A DNA stretch of 64,000 bases. Source: Setoptus koraiensis (taxonomy: Eukaryota; Animalia; Arthropoda). The stretch is taken from positions 13,578,001 to 13,642,000 of the forward strand of contig CM106585.1 in NCBI GenBank assembly GCA_048013815.1, in the 5' to 3' direction. This document shows, piece after piece, positions 11,398 through 23,889 of this stretch. How positions within the stretch are numbered: the first letter of the stretch is position 1; the number at the start of each line of letters is the position of its first letter. The notes under the pieces were generated by a model, which had not been told where the DNA came from, ran no database searches, and was given only the letters and a program-made list of their open reading frames with translations. A program made the position numbers and the translations under genes.

Positions 11398-13353
11398 TTT
11401 TCATTATTTTTCCAACAACTATATTGGTACAACTATCAATAAATATTGTGTATTTCTCTTCTTTTAGTATTTGTGTTTCTTTCGCAACAATTAATGGGCA
11501 AGTGAACAAATGGAATGTTACTCAGGTTTATTTCTCCATCTAGTGGTTACTTATTGTTGCATTCTGCCGATTGTTTGTGAACTCCTTGATTATATATGCT
11601 ATTTTTTCTCAGATGTCGATCCTTCTTATCTATCCAGCATGTTCGACGAATTGTCACTGTCTGCACAATCAAGATAGCAACAAGCAGCACTACAACGACG
11701 ATTGTGACGGAATTCTATTATCTGTCTGGCTATTATTATCATGCACTGTGAAAAGTTGCAACTAATGTGTTGGTTAGTTATAACAGATAAATTGTGTTCT
11801 GACAGGACAACAACAGTGTCATTATCAATTACTTGTTGTGCAACAAGATAAACAGAAACAATGATCCTGTGTGTTATCAGATTGAAAAATCTTTTGTTAC
11901 CGAATATCTTTCCCACGAGATAAAAGATATTTTGCTAAGATGATGATGATGATATTGAAAAGAGTGAGTGCTGCTAAACACTATTTAAACGAACTACATT
12001 TCTTCACAGGAGGTGCAATTTTTTTGAGTGATCTGTGTCGAGATAATTGTGCTGTCAAATTCAGGTACCACAAACAACGTGTGGTGGTCAAAATATAGCT
12101 AAATTTTCGCTCTCCATGACGTGCGATTACATGGAAACATCACTGGGTGAATTTATTCCATCGCTGATGATCTTATCAATGACAATCCAACTGTAATTTG
12201 TTGAAAAATTTCAAGTTGTACGACGAAATATATTCAATAAACAGTGATAACAGTCACACGGTCACATATTTTCAGATTATTTCGCTATCTGTGTCTAGCC
12301 AAGTGCATTCACTAGTATACACAGCTATAGGAATATCACAAGATACACAAATTGTATTAGTGAGCAAGATAAGATAAGCCAAAACTATCTGTGTCGATTA
12401 TTCGCGAAATTCGACAACTCACCGCTGTCATTGGCCAGAATAACGTTTTCATGCCCTTGTCAGTCGGTTAAGTAACACTGACGTCTTGCCTGAAACGGCC
12501 CAGAACGAGCTCCCGGTTACCCATAATCTGTGTTTGCAACTGTATAAAACATTGAAGATGATGCTATTTCGAGATATCAATCAGAATCGCGGCCTATCTG
12601 CATGTGCACGACTCAGCATGTTTCTATAACGTGTGGAGGCGCACTGATTTTTGCAACAATCTCTTTTCGATCTTGTCAGGTTCAATTGTTTGAGTATCAA
12701 ATTCCAGTCTAAGTGACATGCAGGCATTCGAAAGCGCAGCCATGCATGCTGGAGTCCGACGCTAGACATTCATGGATCAAGTCCATCCTTGTTATTTACA
12801 TAATTGGCTGACTATTATTTGCATAGGCAATTGATTGAGATTGGACTTAGATAATGGAAAAACTATCTGCAAACGATAAGACTGCTGCTATCATCGCGCA
12901 CACAAACAAATTATATACCCCATACAAAAGCATAAACAAATAGACGGATGGATCTACTGCTCATCATTACTTCATGCCAGCGAGAAGATCCTTAAATGGT
13001 CTTTGCTGAGTTCAAAATATTCTCATGCCCTGCAAGATAATATTTTCTATCGAGCTGGATGGAGATTATAGTGTCGTTACTCTCTGTTGTGTCCTACGCA
13101 GAACCGACGACAACGACATGAGAATCCATCTATTCGAAATCCATCTATACTGCTCCAATTTCGTCTTGGTGGTGCTCAAAGAGAAAGAAAAAAATACACA
13201 CAGTTTGCTGACACGGCGAAGCGAGCAAAGATTATTTTCAACATCGTCGTCGTCATGTGTGTGTGTGTGCTTTAAATTAGAAATATAAGTTACGATGACA
13301 AGAAATCGCCTCATGCTTGGACTAGCTAGCTGTACATACCGAAATTTATTAAC

Positions 13354-13450
13354 GATGCCGATGCCGATGCCGACGGCGACGACGATGACGACGACGACGA
13401 CGACGACGCCGACGACGACGACGACGACGACGACGACGATCGGCATCGGA
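13354..13450. repeat. (GATGCC)n plus (GAC)n microsatellite
   Basis: gatgcc x3 followed by ~20 GAC units; it explains the poly-Val spurious ORF at 13066-13632. Confidence 0.95.
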
Positions 13451-14409
13451 TGTGAACGTTTCAACTGATTATTGTGTACAATATTCTCTTTTATCGTCGG
13501 CATCATTATTTCCCGTTCAATATTTAGAGATTCTGCCAAAACAGAGAGCAGACGAACGGGAGCCAAGTCGATTAGCGCATCTATTGAGCCATGAATGAAC
13601 AAGAGGCAATTCGCTATGTGGGCGATATACATAGTCGAAAAGTTACACTCGCATTTATGCGAACATGTTATTGAAGATGTTAGACTAAGCCACTAATTTC
13701 CATATGTAACATGTTCAACAGATACACTTATACACATATTGTGTGGACTAAGTCTCACTAACTAAGTTTGTTCCGATAGCATCCGCATCATCAGCCCACT
13801 AAAGAACGCAGCACATAGCTCCCCTCATCCGTCTAAATTAAAACTTATTGATGCTGCGTTGAGGCAACAAAAAACTTTGACAAGCTCAAGTAACGCACAG
13901 TTGATGTCCAATCGAATAATAATATCTACGGCCCAACAAACTGACTAGTAACTTTACTCTAGTCCCCCCCAGAATCCGTCTGTTTACCCCTCCTAATCAG
14001 TGTACGACATTATCAGTGAGACTGGCTTCTTTAGTTCGTAGTCCAACACTGTTAATGCTGATGAGCAAATGATGTCACATATTTATATAATAGATAGATG
14101 CTCGAAATAGATAGAGCCATCACTACACCGATACAAACATTGTATGCAAAATTAGTGGTAACACGCACAAATAGATTTTTATTTCTACAGTGTAATCGTG
14201 ATAGGTCATCAAGACAATAGTTGTAAAGTTTTCTTTTTCTTTGTTATTATTCATTCATAAATTGTATCACTACAATCCAGCAAGTGTGCACCTCCAGACA
14301 CTGACACCGTATACCTAGAAGCACAAAGCTGATAACAAGAGCTCAAAAAAACATTAGGCAGCATCATTGATATCAAGTAGTGTCAAATAAAAAAAAACAG
14401 TAAATCATC

Positions 14410-16019
14410 ATGACAGAAGCAGAGTTAGCAATGGAAGAGAAGCTTCGAAGGAAGCGTGAAGAAGAGCAACAAGTCTGGCAAGAGTACCTGAAAGAGCGAT
14501 CACAGGCTAGACAAAAAGAAGAAGATGATCTGAAAAAGCTCAAGGAGCGTCAGGTAAGTCTAAATATAGTGTTGAATCGATAGAACAAATCCAACCAATC
14601 AACCGACAATACGTTCAATAATCTTTCCGTCGAAATAATTGTAGCAAAGACGCAAGGCTCAACGGGCCGAACAAGAGCAAATTATGCAAGAGATGAGACG
14701 GAAACAAGATGAGGCCCGACAGAGAGAATTGGAGGAAAGAAGACGCAAGGAGGCCGAGGCGAAACGTCAACGCTTAGAGGACGCAGAAAGGAAGCGTCTT
14801 GCCATGCAGGAGGCCATTAAGCGTCGTGACGAGGAAGCCAAGAGGAATTTTGTCGTTCCAAAGAGAACAAATGGATCTATTCCAACAAATGCTGGTCCGA
14901 TGATTGTTGGCATGCGAGATGGTGAGTCAATAATGATAGTTAATAATATAAATTTATATATTGCATCATCACAAATTGGTCATTTCTAACTTTTTCCTGT
15001 CCTCGACCGCACATCATAATCAGTAATGAAGACCAAAGAACAATTGGCTGAGGACAAGAGAATCGCCATGAAGTATCGTCTTAAGCCATTGAAAATAGAT
15101 GATGGGCTCAGAAATGCTGAAATCAGAAAGATTGTCAGCGATCTTTGGGATTCTATTGTCCAATTGGAAAGTGATAAATACGATCTTGAAGAGGAGCAAA
15201 GACGCCAAGAGTATCATCTAAAGGAGCTAACTGAGAGACAGAAACAGATAAACAAAAACAAGGCCCTAAAATTGGGTTTAGATATGGAGTAAGTGGTCGA
15301 TGATAAATAACAATAATTCTCTGGTGTCAACAAAAATTAGCGGCTTCCTAACTAACGCATTCGTTGTTTTTTCGTCATAAATAGGGATCTTTCTTGCAAG
15401 TATCCACCCAAAGTTAGGCTTGCCAGCAAGTATGAGCGTAGAATAGATCGACGTTCATTTGGCGAAAAAACAGAACTGTTCGACGGGGTAAGTGTTGTTG
15501 AGATGTAGTTGTTAGGTGAACACAATATTGGTAATTAATCAACCAATTACTTTTTTATTTTTTAAATACAAACAGGGCTACGTCAGCAGGCTGACGAAGA
15601 GCAAAGAGAACCAATGGGAGGATAAAATCAATAATTTCAAAGAGAATCACGGAGATAAACATGTACCCAAATGGGATCCGTCAGCTCCGCGCAAGGACGT
15701 CTACGAGCCAGGTACCGTTATCTATGAGGATAGTGACGACGAAGATGACGAACTTGTCGGAAAATTACGAGGCTATGTGAAAGAGGCCGAACTTGAACGA
15801 CGAACGTCAAATACAGCGTCCGAGCCTAAACGAAAAAGCAGCAATTTGTCTACAGGACAGCCGACAGTCCAACATCAAAGCCATGCAGCTAAACAGCAAC
15901 AGGCTACTCGCCAGCAACAACAACATCGAGGCCGCCAAGCCGAGCCCGAGGATGATGATGATGAAGAAGAAGACGAAGAGGAATACGAAGAAGAAGAATA
16001 TGAAGACGAAGAGGAATAA
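14410..16019 (+). CDS. TnT: Troponin T (arthropod type, acidic C-terminal tail)
   Basis: Five exons 14410-14553, 14645-14921, 15024-15288, 15385-15487, 15576-16019, all GT-AG and phase-compatible. Motifs KTKEQL, LWDSIVQLESDKYDLEE, KYPPKVRLASKYERRIDRRS; poly-E C-terminus. Confidence 0.93.
14560..14569. promoter_or_regulatory. Possible MEF2 site in troponin T intron 1
   Basis: CTAAATATAG fits YTA(A/T)4TAR and the muscle-gene context, but the same 10-mer also occurs near 49350, so it may be chance. Confidence 0.3.
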
Positions 16020-16203
16020 TTGCCATGATGACATAAACACTATATATACACCATTCGCGCGCGGTACTTTCTTCCTCTTTTTTTCTTTTCCTTCAAGTTT
16101 GTGTTTTTGAATATTACACAATGAATGCCTACAGTTATGTAACCATCACTCATAATCGGTTGATTGCACCCGATCAATGAATGTATACAGAGGGGCGAAG
16201 GAT

Positions 16204-16229
16204 AGAGAGAGAGAGAGGGAGAGGGATAA

Positions 16230-16268
<39 letters not shown>
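16204..16268. repeat. (GA)n microsatellite in the troponin T 3' region
   Basis: Long AG dinucleotide runs are directly visible. Confidence 0.95.
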
Positions 16269-16269
<1 letters not shown>

Positions 16270-17160
16270 CGAAATAGCATTGATTATAATATCTGATGAA
16301 AATCTGATGAGTTTGATGAGAAAATACTGTGCAACTGAACACAATACTAATAAAAAACAAATTACGGGTGCACGTTACAAAGAATAACGTACACTTGTGT
16401 TTTCGTTTATAAGTACATCGAACGACTAAGTTAACAATGTACAACAAAAACACTATAATGACGATCATGTGATATCACAACTATCAGTCTGGCTATGCAA
16501 TCAAATTTCGCGAACGGTAGTTTGTCTCTGGCGAGTTGACTGCGATTCGTTCAGATATTCAAGTTGCCCGCAAGCACGTTATGTGTTTGTATTTTGTGTC
16601 TGATGTGTGTCTGTGACAATCGTATAACATATCCAATGAGTTTTAGTGAGCTTTCGTTGACGTACAAATACATGCTGGAATTGCCTATGAGTCAGGTTGT
16701 GAGTTTGAGAGTCGAATGAAGCAACTTTTCTCAAGTTTCAATGCGAACGCAGTCAGGTTTGTTGTTGCTGGCATAGCTAGTCACCTGTTGGAACTAGTTG
16801 TTGTTTGTGTGCCGAGCCTCTTGTCTAACACGGGCACATCAGCGTATAATCAGCATCGTCTCGATGGCGTTATTTACATCTTCTCGCATTAATTTGCGTT
16901 GTCGTCGTTTGCTTATTGGCAACTCGCAATGGCGGCCTGTTGTTGTACCTGTCGTTTATCTCCTGGGCTGCTTTTCAACAACTTGTCTTGCGTTCAACTG
17001 GCGTCTAGATTGCAATTGTATAATCCGACAAAAATGCATCCCGTAACACACACACATTTGTAAACATGCAAACGTGTAGGCAGTTAGAATTCTGGCATTG
17101 AGTCTCAAATAATTGCCAACTATCAAGGCGACGTTGCAGGACGAGGAGGCAGGCAATCGG

Positions 17161-17233
17161 CGTTCATTGCATTCATCGGTTGTTGTTCACTGCATTCGCC
17201 GGTTGTCGTTCATTGCGTTCACCGGTCGTCGTT
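17161..17233. repeat. 23-bp minisatellite, 3 copies
   Basis: cgttcattgcattcatcggttgt / tgttcactgcattcgccggttgt / cgttcattgcgttcaccggtcgt. Confidence 0.9.
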
Positions 17234-18456
17234 GGTGAGGCTGGTTTGCAATCTACTGGTTGTTTATTCACCTCACCGGCAAGTACAACTTATTTCGAGT
17301 ACACAGGTTAACAGTGAGGGGCGAATAGATTAACAGATATGGCGAATATAGTGCAAAGGTTAGCAGCGGAAATAGTGAGTGAGAAATAGTCAGGTAGTTT
17401 TCCATTCGACAAATGTTACAATTGCAGTCGCAGTTGTTGCGACTGCAATTGTCACATATTGTGCGCGTCTTGAATTGCTGTGCCAATTAGGCGTTCGTTG
17501 GCTAGCTAATTGTGCCCGCTATCGTTACTATAGACTCTCGACTCTCAAGTGTCTGAACAATGATCTGACAGCTAGATTGACAGATTCCGCATGCTCCCTT
17601 TTTATACATTGTGTGTCGGCGTGGGCGGCCGACGATATCGTCCGATCGCGACCACATGATCCGATCGGCACCGATTGGAGCCGACTGCGGATCGGATGCG
17701 AAATTCGGCCCGCACAGAGCTTTTGGGACGGTGTGTACGCTGTGATGCACGCTTGCCAGTGTTCATACTGGTGCGCCAAGTGCAAAGGCACGAACGTAAA
17801 CAAAGGCGAGAGACACACAAACAGCGACAGAGAGATGGAAAAAAAACAAACATATAAATATAAAGTGTGGTATTCACTTGACATTATGAGGTTCACATAA
17901 TGTTCGAGCCAGTGCACGCCACTTGCACATGGCAGTCAACCACTGATTACTATCTGGCTCTCCTTAGCTCGCCAGGCCTTCGCCGTGCTGTCGGAATGTG
18001 CCGATAGGGCAACTTATGTAACAGCGCCAGTGGTACGGCTGTAGCTAGTGCTAAATGGCGCTAAATGTGGTGCGACAGGAGCCGTGGAGAGAGGCAGCGA
18101 GAATAGAAACAGCGAGACGAGTAATGTGTGCGCAAAAGGGCCGCCATTAACCGAACTGACTCGTATTGCTTGCATCTTCGCCATTGCACGACTGCTCGAG
18201 GGGCGTAGTGTAGAGTAGTTGTATGGTGTGTGGTGGATTGCGAAAAAAGATGGATGGATATATCATATAAAAATATTGTATAAATAAAACGAATGCGATA
18301 CAAAAATAATAATAAAAATAAACGAGCGGAGGCAACCCATTAGCACAGCCGACAAGTCGTCGAATTGGCAAGAGGAATCGGTGCGAACAGCCTCCTATCC
18401 ACCTGACATAGAAGTTCTATTACAGCCCAACTGCCTGAAATCGCTGAAAAGCCAGC

Positions 18457-18512
18457 GAATAATTCGGCGTGAATAGTTCGGCGTGAATAGCTCGGCGTGA
18501 ATAGTTCGGCGG
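18457..18512. repeat. 14-bp minisatellite, 4 copies
   Basis: gaata(a/g)(t/c)tcggcg(t/g) repeated four times in tandem. Confidence 0.93.
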
Positions 18513-19129
18513 TTGCGGCAGCACTAACGAGCAGCAGCGAGAACAAACAGCAACAGCACTAGCGAACCCTTTGTTGACCTTGACAATGAACACGGTGCCT
18601 ACCCCTCACGCACACATTCGCTCGTTTGCACTAGCATAAGCATAAGCACACACACACACACACACACACAGAACAGCCAGCGGCAACGCCAAGACACACG
18701 GACAAGAAGCGAATTGTGCGCCGATAGAGCCAGTAATTCGGCTGCACTGACACACATTCAGCCACCGGCCGCCTGGTGCGCTTCAACTCGATTGTCACTA
18801 ACACTAATATTACTCATTACTTTTGGTAGTTATTTTAATTTAACTGTCGCCATTTTGTCACCATATCACCTATTGCAGCAGCAGCAGCGGCACCACTGCT
18901 ACTCCGTTGCTATTATCCGTCTAAATTAAACCAAATAGCGAATTACAAAAATCAACAATACCCAACCAGCAAGCACATTCAAACGACCAGACCAGGGAAT
19001 CAGAGAATTACGTAATTTAAGCAACACCAACAACAGCTCCGACTTAATCCAAAGCCCCGAATTCCCAACTCCAATTGTCGATATCGAGGCCACCGAAGCC
19101 GCAATCAGTCAACGCAAACCAGTGTCAGG

Positions 19130-20511
19130 ATGCTAGTTGCCATCAAGGTGGCCGCGCCGCGCGCCAACGTCCTCTTCAGCACATCTCAGGCAATATTCGC
19201 AAACAACAAATTGTCCAATATCGTCAAAAACAAGACACTACGCAAACTGAATCAGTCGACCCTCCAAAACCAGAACGTAAGTAACTAGTGCCATATTGTT
19301 AATCGTTGTGCTACATGTCGCTATCACAATCACAACTGTCTGCCACCACTCGACAAATACCAGTTGATCAAATTGATAATTATCAATCTGATCAACTAAC
19401 CATTTGATACCTATTAGCTTGATAGTTGCGGTAATCTCACTTGGCCAGCATCAAGCCAGCACCCATTCTCACCGCTGTCAAACGTCTCTTGTCATCCATG
19501 TAACAGGTCGTAACAGGCGCCAACAGCCAACAACTGATTTCCATCGCCAGAAACATCTCCTTCAGACAATGCAGGAGCCATCAGACCTTCAAAAACGCGC
19601 CGGCCGCCTATAGTTTCTCTATTGACGCGAGCTATGTGCCAGGCACATTCATCTACGATGACCAGCCAACAAAACCATCTGTCACAAAAGGACAACATGA
19701 CACTACCACAAACGAACAAAGCAGCCAACTCCAACAAACAACAAAAGAGCATCAGAGGCAATACTATGGTCAGCGTTTTGCGCAGGCAACAACTGTTTCC
19801 ACAACTCAACGACCACTCGTGGTTGTCATGTCTTGGCTCCAGGCAAAAGAGAAACATATCGAAAAATATCGTCAATACTGGCTGGAACGAGGGTACGACG
19901 TACTCAACGTCAAAACATCCCCTCTAGATCTTTTACTACCAACAATAGGAGCAAAAAAGATTTCCGAAGATTTTGTAAAATTTCTGCTGGACAAACAATA
20001 CAAAAATATTATCCTACATGGATTCAGTGTGGGCGGATATCAATTTGGGGAATTTCTAGTGCAATTAGATAACCATGAAGAGCACATTCGAGAGCAAGTT
20101 AAAAATTCAATCAAAGGAATTGTCTTCGACTCATTAGTGCCTTACGAGGGAACCTGTATTGGCGTGTCCAGAAGTGTAACGTCGAATCTAATCTTGGCAA
20201 AAATCATTGAACGACTTCTGAACTTTTATCTACTCGTGTGCCGAAATATTGCAACTAAACACTACTTGAAGGCATCAGAGAAAGTTTGGGGAGGTCCTCT
20301 TAGATGCCCCACACTATTCATTCTTTCGAAAGATGATCCCATCTCTGATATTAATATTATCGAGAGGCTAGCTAAAGTTTGGAATGGCTTTGGAGTAGAT
20401 ACTAAAATGGAGGTTTTCGAGAGTTCGCCTCATGTTCAACATTTCATCAAGCATGAACAGCAGTATGCTAAAGTTGTGGATGAATTCCTCGAGAAGATCA
20501 ACAAGCCTTAA
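19130..20511 (+). CDS. DUF829/TMEM53-like alpha/beta-hydrolase-fold protein with basic N-terminal extension
   Basis: Exon 19130-19276 (ATG to aac|gtaagt), intron 19277-19506, exon 19507-20511 in frame. Motifs SWLQAKEKHIEKY, HGFSVGG, FDS, SKDDPI, SPHVQH. Confidence 0.8.
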
Positions 20512-20629
20512 TAAGTTATTATGTATCAATATGCTCAAGATATTGGATATTGTTTTTTTTTGTGAATGTAATAAAGAGAAATCAATACACTCTAAATCAA
20601 TAGACCTAATATTGCCATTTAATTATAGA

Positions 20630-21410
20630 CTAGGATAAAGCCCAGTGATGTTCACAGATTTCTAGCATCTCCCATTCCGCCTTGAATGCTGGTTTTGGGT
20701 CGGCAGGCATTGAGAGAGCTGCACCAGATACTTGTTCTTGCATACCTTTGGTGGTATCGGCTGAGTTATTCTCACCAAGGACTAAATTATAGACTCCGCG
20801 TAGACCGAACACATTCAAGAAATACCATGAGACAGAGCTGACCCAGCTAGAGTTGAGGGATGCTAACTCTATGCCTCTTTGGAGCATAGGTTTAAATCTC
20901 AGAGTCAATGGAAATGGGACTCGGGTTGTCACAAAGCCTTGAAATGTCCAATTGATCCATCCACCGAGCAAAAGTGTGGGTAACATAGTGGTCAATTGGC
21001 CTTTGAACATCTCTGTCATCATGCTTGGATCGGTTATAGGATTCGGTTGGACAGATGGCCGATTCTTTGCCACAGTCAAGTATCCGTTTGGATTGTTGAA
21101 GAAATGCCTTCGCATTAGGTATGACTGAAAGAGGGTAAAAAAAATTAGTATCTTATGTTTGCTTCGCAAAGGTATTTGCGTATATCTTCTGACTTACGTT
21201 TTTTGGTAAATATTTTCCATTCTCACGAACAAGCCTTGCTCTTATCAGGGCCTGACTATCTTGAATTTGTTGTACTTCAACTTTCTTAGTCGATGCCAAT
21301 AATACGTTGACATAATTTCTTAGGAATCCTATCAAGAAGGTGATCAATACAATGGGCAAAAAAACCCACACCCTAATATCTGGGTCTATAAGAAGATCCG
21401 ATGTCGTCAT
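20630..21410 (-). CDS. EMC3: ER membrane protein complex subunit 3
   Basis: Exons 21410-21198 and 21124-20630 (73-nt intron). [62 protein letters not shown]. Confidence 0.95.
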
Positions 21411-21586
21411 GATGGCTCAGATCCTGATTGGGTGACAGCCTTCAATAGAAATGGGAGTCCAACTAGGAATTTGACAGTTATCCAATTGGACAGTTACTCG
21501 ATACAAGCAGGCCCCTAAAGAATGATTGAACAAATAAATCTTCTGCTGAAATGCAGCGGCGCATATTTTGAAATCCGAAAGATCTG

Positions 21587-22205
21587 TAGTGATCGGGGGA
21601 GAGCCGTCTCCCTCTCCCCCTCCCGCTGTGTATAGAGGGGAGAGGGAGAAAAAATCTCCCCCTCCCGCTGTCAAGAGAGGGAAGAGGGAGTCTCCCCCTC
21701 CCGTCTCCCGCTTTGGGAGGGGGAGAGGGAATCTCCCTCTCCCGCTCGGGGAGACGGGAGAGGGAATCTCCCGGGGAGAAATCCGTCTCCCGGGGAGAGC
21801 CCGGGGAGACGATCTCGTCAGCATGGCACTCGCCACGACAACTCACTGGTTTTTTTGGCAAAATATCAGTGTCCACTGTTAATTGTCCTCGTCAATTGCT
21901 GAATATGGGTGAAACTAGTGAGCCTGTTGCAGTGTCTGAAGGAGAAATCGTCTCCCCGGGCTCTCCCCGGGAGACGGATTTCTCCCCGGGAGATGCCCTC
22001 TCTCATCTCCCCGAGCGGGAGAGGGAGAGTGAGATGCCCTCTCCCGTCTCCCCGAGCGGGAGAGGGAGGGGGAGATGCCCTCTCCCCTTCCCCGAGTTTG
22101 AAACGGGAGGGGGAGATTTTTTCTCCCTCTCCCAAAAATTTGAACGGGACGGGAGAGGGGAACCTCCCATTTGGGAGACGCTCTCCCGCTCTCCCCCGAT
22201 CACTA
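21587..22205. mobile_element. Non-autonomous hAT-type MITE / foldback element, 619 bp
   Basis: 18-bp perfect TIRs TAGTGATCGGGGGAGAGC; 8-bp TSD AAGATCTG at 21579-21586 and 22206-22213; perfect 48-bp internal inverted repeat 21766-21813 / 21947-21994; no coding capacity. Confidence 0.9.
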
Positions 22206-22365
22206 AAGATCTGAATTTCAAATTTCGTGCTTACGCACGCTCAGTGGAAAAATGTTCGCATGATTGCCGAATCTTGCATTACCATTATCCAAGTCCATCT
22301 CTTTCAGTTCAGTTGATACTCATTGGTTAGGATATTTTCTCGAACAACACATAGCAGTTACCATT

Positions 22366-23889
22366 ATGGCTAAACCAGAGTCCAATATGATTGGTATTAT
22401 CGGTATATCCATACTAGTTCGTTGGTTAGTTGGTAGATTTCCACATTCTGGAGAGAACGTGCCCCCTTTGTATGGCGATTATGAAGCTCAGCGCCATTGG
22501 ATGGAGATAACCACAAACCTAGATCCGAGCGAATGGTACAAAAATTCCACTCTCAACGATCTCTCATATTGGGGCCTTGACTATCCTCCTCTCAGCGCCT
22601 ATCATATGCTACTCAATGGTGCTGTGTCAAATTTATTGAATCCCTCTTGGATAGAGCTAGAAACTTCTAAAGGAGAAGAAAGTTATGAACATAAAATTTT
22701 CATGCGTGCAACCGTTCTTTTGTCGGACATATTAGTTTACATGACAGCCATAATATACTATTTCAAGCATATCAGACCTGTTGATTTCAATTATTCGACC
22801 AAAGAAACACACAAGAACAAATCGATATTCATTCTATTTGCGTTGATTTACCCAGCTCAAATACTCATTGATCATGGACATTTTCAATACAATTGTGTCT
22901 TTATGGGACTAACGGTGTGGTCAGTGATTTTACTCATGCAAGGTCGTCAACTGTCAGCAGCCCTAGTTTTTTCTCTGGCTCTTAACTACAAACAGATGGC
23001 TCTTTATTATGCGTTGCCATTCTTTTGGTTTCTATTCAGTAAGAACATAAGATCACCAAGCATAGTCAAAGGTCTAATCAATATAATATTACTCGGGATG
23101 ACAGTCACTCTAACATTTGCTATATGCTGGACACCGTTCTTGACCGACTTCCAGACTGCTTCTGATGTTTTGAATAGACTCTTTCCGTTCAACCGAGGCC
23201 TTTTTGAGGACAAAGTAGCTAATATCTGGTGCTGTCTATCAGTGGTAGTCAAACTAAAACAAATCTACAACACAGATTTTCTGTTAAAATTGAGTACTGG
23301 TCTAACTCTACTAGGAACACTACCCAGCGGCCTACATTTACTTTGGAGACCAAGCTTACAGTCTTTTAGATATGCCCTTATCAACTCTTCGCTGGTATTC
23401 TTTCTCACTTCATTCCAAGTACACGAGAAGACCATATTAGTGCCCGCCTTGCCAATTCTATTGTTGTTCCGTGAGCATCCCCTTGTTGTGAATTGGTTTT
23501 TAATTGTCTCTACTTTCAGTTTACAACCTTTACTTATTAAGGATAAGCTCATGAATCCGTACTTTGTTCTACTCATCATCTACCTGCTGCAATCGATAGA
23601 TGTTTTCCGAACGGATATTTACCTGTCATCTCCAAGAAAATCATATAAGTTTGCGGCAACATTGTTTAGAATAAGCCACTTTGTTTCAATTCTTGGTTGC
23701 CTTGTATTGAGTGTTTTATCGTTGGTAATGGAGCCACCAAAGAGATACCCAGACATTCATGCAGTTATCAATGCGATCTACTGTTGTGTCCACTTTATAT
23801 TTTTCCTTGGTTTCTTCACTTACCAACAATTTAAATGTCAGACGGACACAATAGTTGGCACGGTTGGGATAAGAAAAAAGAATGATTGA
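22366..23889 (+). CDS. ALG6: Dolichyl-P-Glc:Man9GlcNAc2-PP-dolichol alpha-1,3-glucosyltransferase, intronless
   Basis: PPLYGDYEAQRHWMEIT, YWGLDYPPLSAYH, IDHGHFQYN, RLFPFNRGLFEDKVANIWC, FQVHEKTIL; C-terminal KKND (KKxx). First in-frame ATG at 22366. Confidence 0.95.
   Translation: MAKPESNMIGIIGISILVRWLVGRFPHSGENVPPLYGDYEAQRHWMEITTNLDPSEWYKNSTLNDLSYWGLDYPPLSAYHMLLNGAVSNLLNPSWIELETSKGEESYEHKIFMRATVLLSDILVYMTAIIYYFKHIRPVDFNYSTKETHKNKSIFILFALIYPAQILIDHGHFQYNCVFMGLTVWSVILLMQGRQLSAALVFSLALNYKQMALYYALPFFWFLFSKNIRSPSIVKGLINIILLGMTVTLTFAICWTPFLTDFQTASDVLNRLFPFNRGLFEDKVANIWCCLSVVVKLKQIYNTDFLLKLSTGLTLLGTLPSGLHLLWRPSLQSFRYALINSSLVFFLTSFQVHEKTILVPALPILLLFREHPLVVNWFLIVSTFSLQPLLIKDKLMNPYFVLLIIYLLQSIDVFRTDIYLSSPRKSYKFAATLFRISHFVSILGCLVLSVLSLVMEPPKRYPDIHAVINAIYCCVHFIFFLGFFTYQQFKCQTDTIVGTVGIRKKND

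Noticed and set aside
12061-12085. TCAGGTACC matches the start of miR-275; similar 9-nt matches to miR-10 (56132) and miR-307 (minus strand, near 16700)
   Set aside because: Seed-length matches only; the remainder diverges and there are no precursor hairpins.
13066-13632. 188-aa hydrophobic ORF with poly-Val
   Set aside because: Produced by the (GAC)n repeat on the opposite strand.
17161-18512. Short tandem arrays as possible CRISPR
   Set aside because: Eukaryotic context, no unique spacers, no cas genes.
21417-22330. G/P/R/S-rich ORFs over the EMC3-ALG6 gap
   Set aside because: Translations of the MITE's repeats; no transposase motifs.
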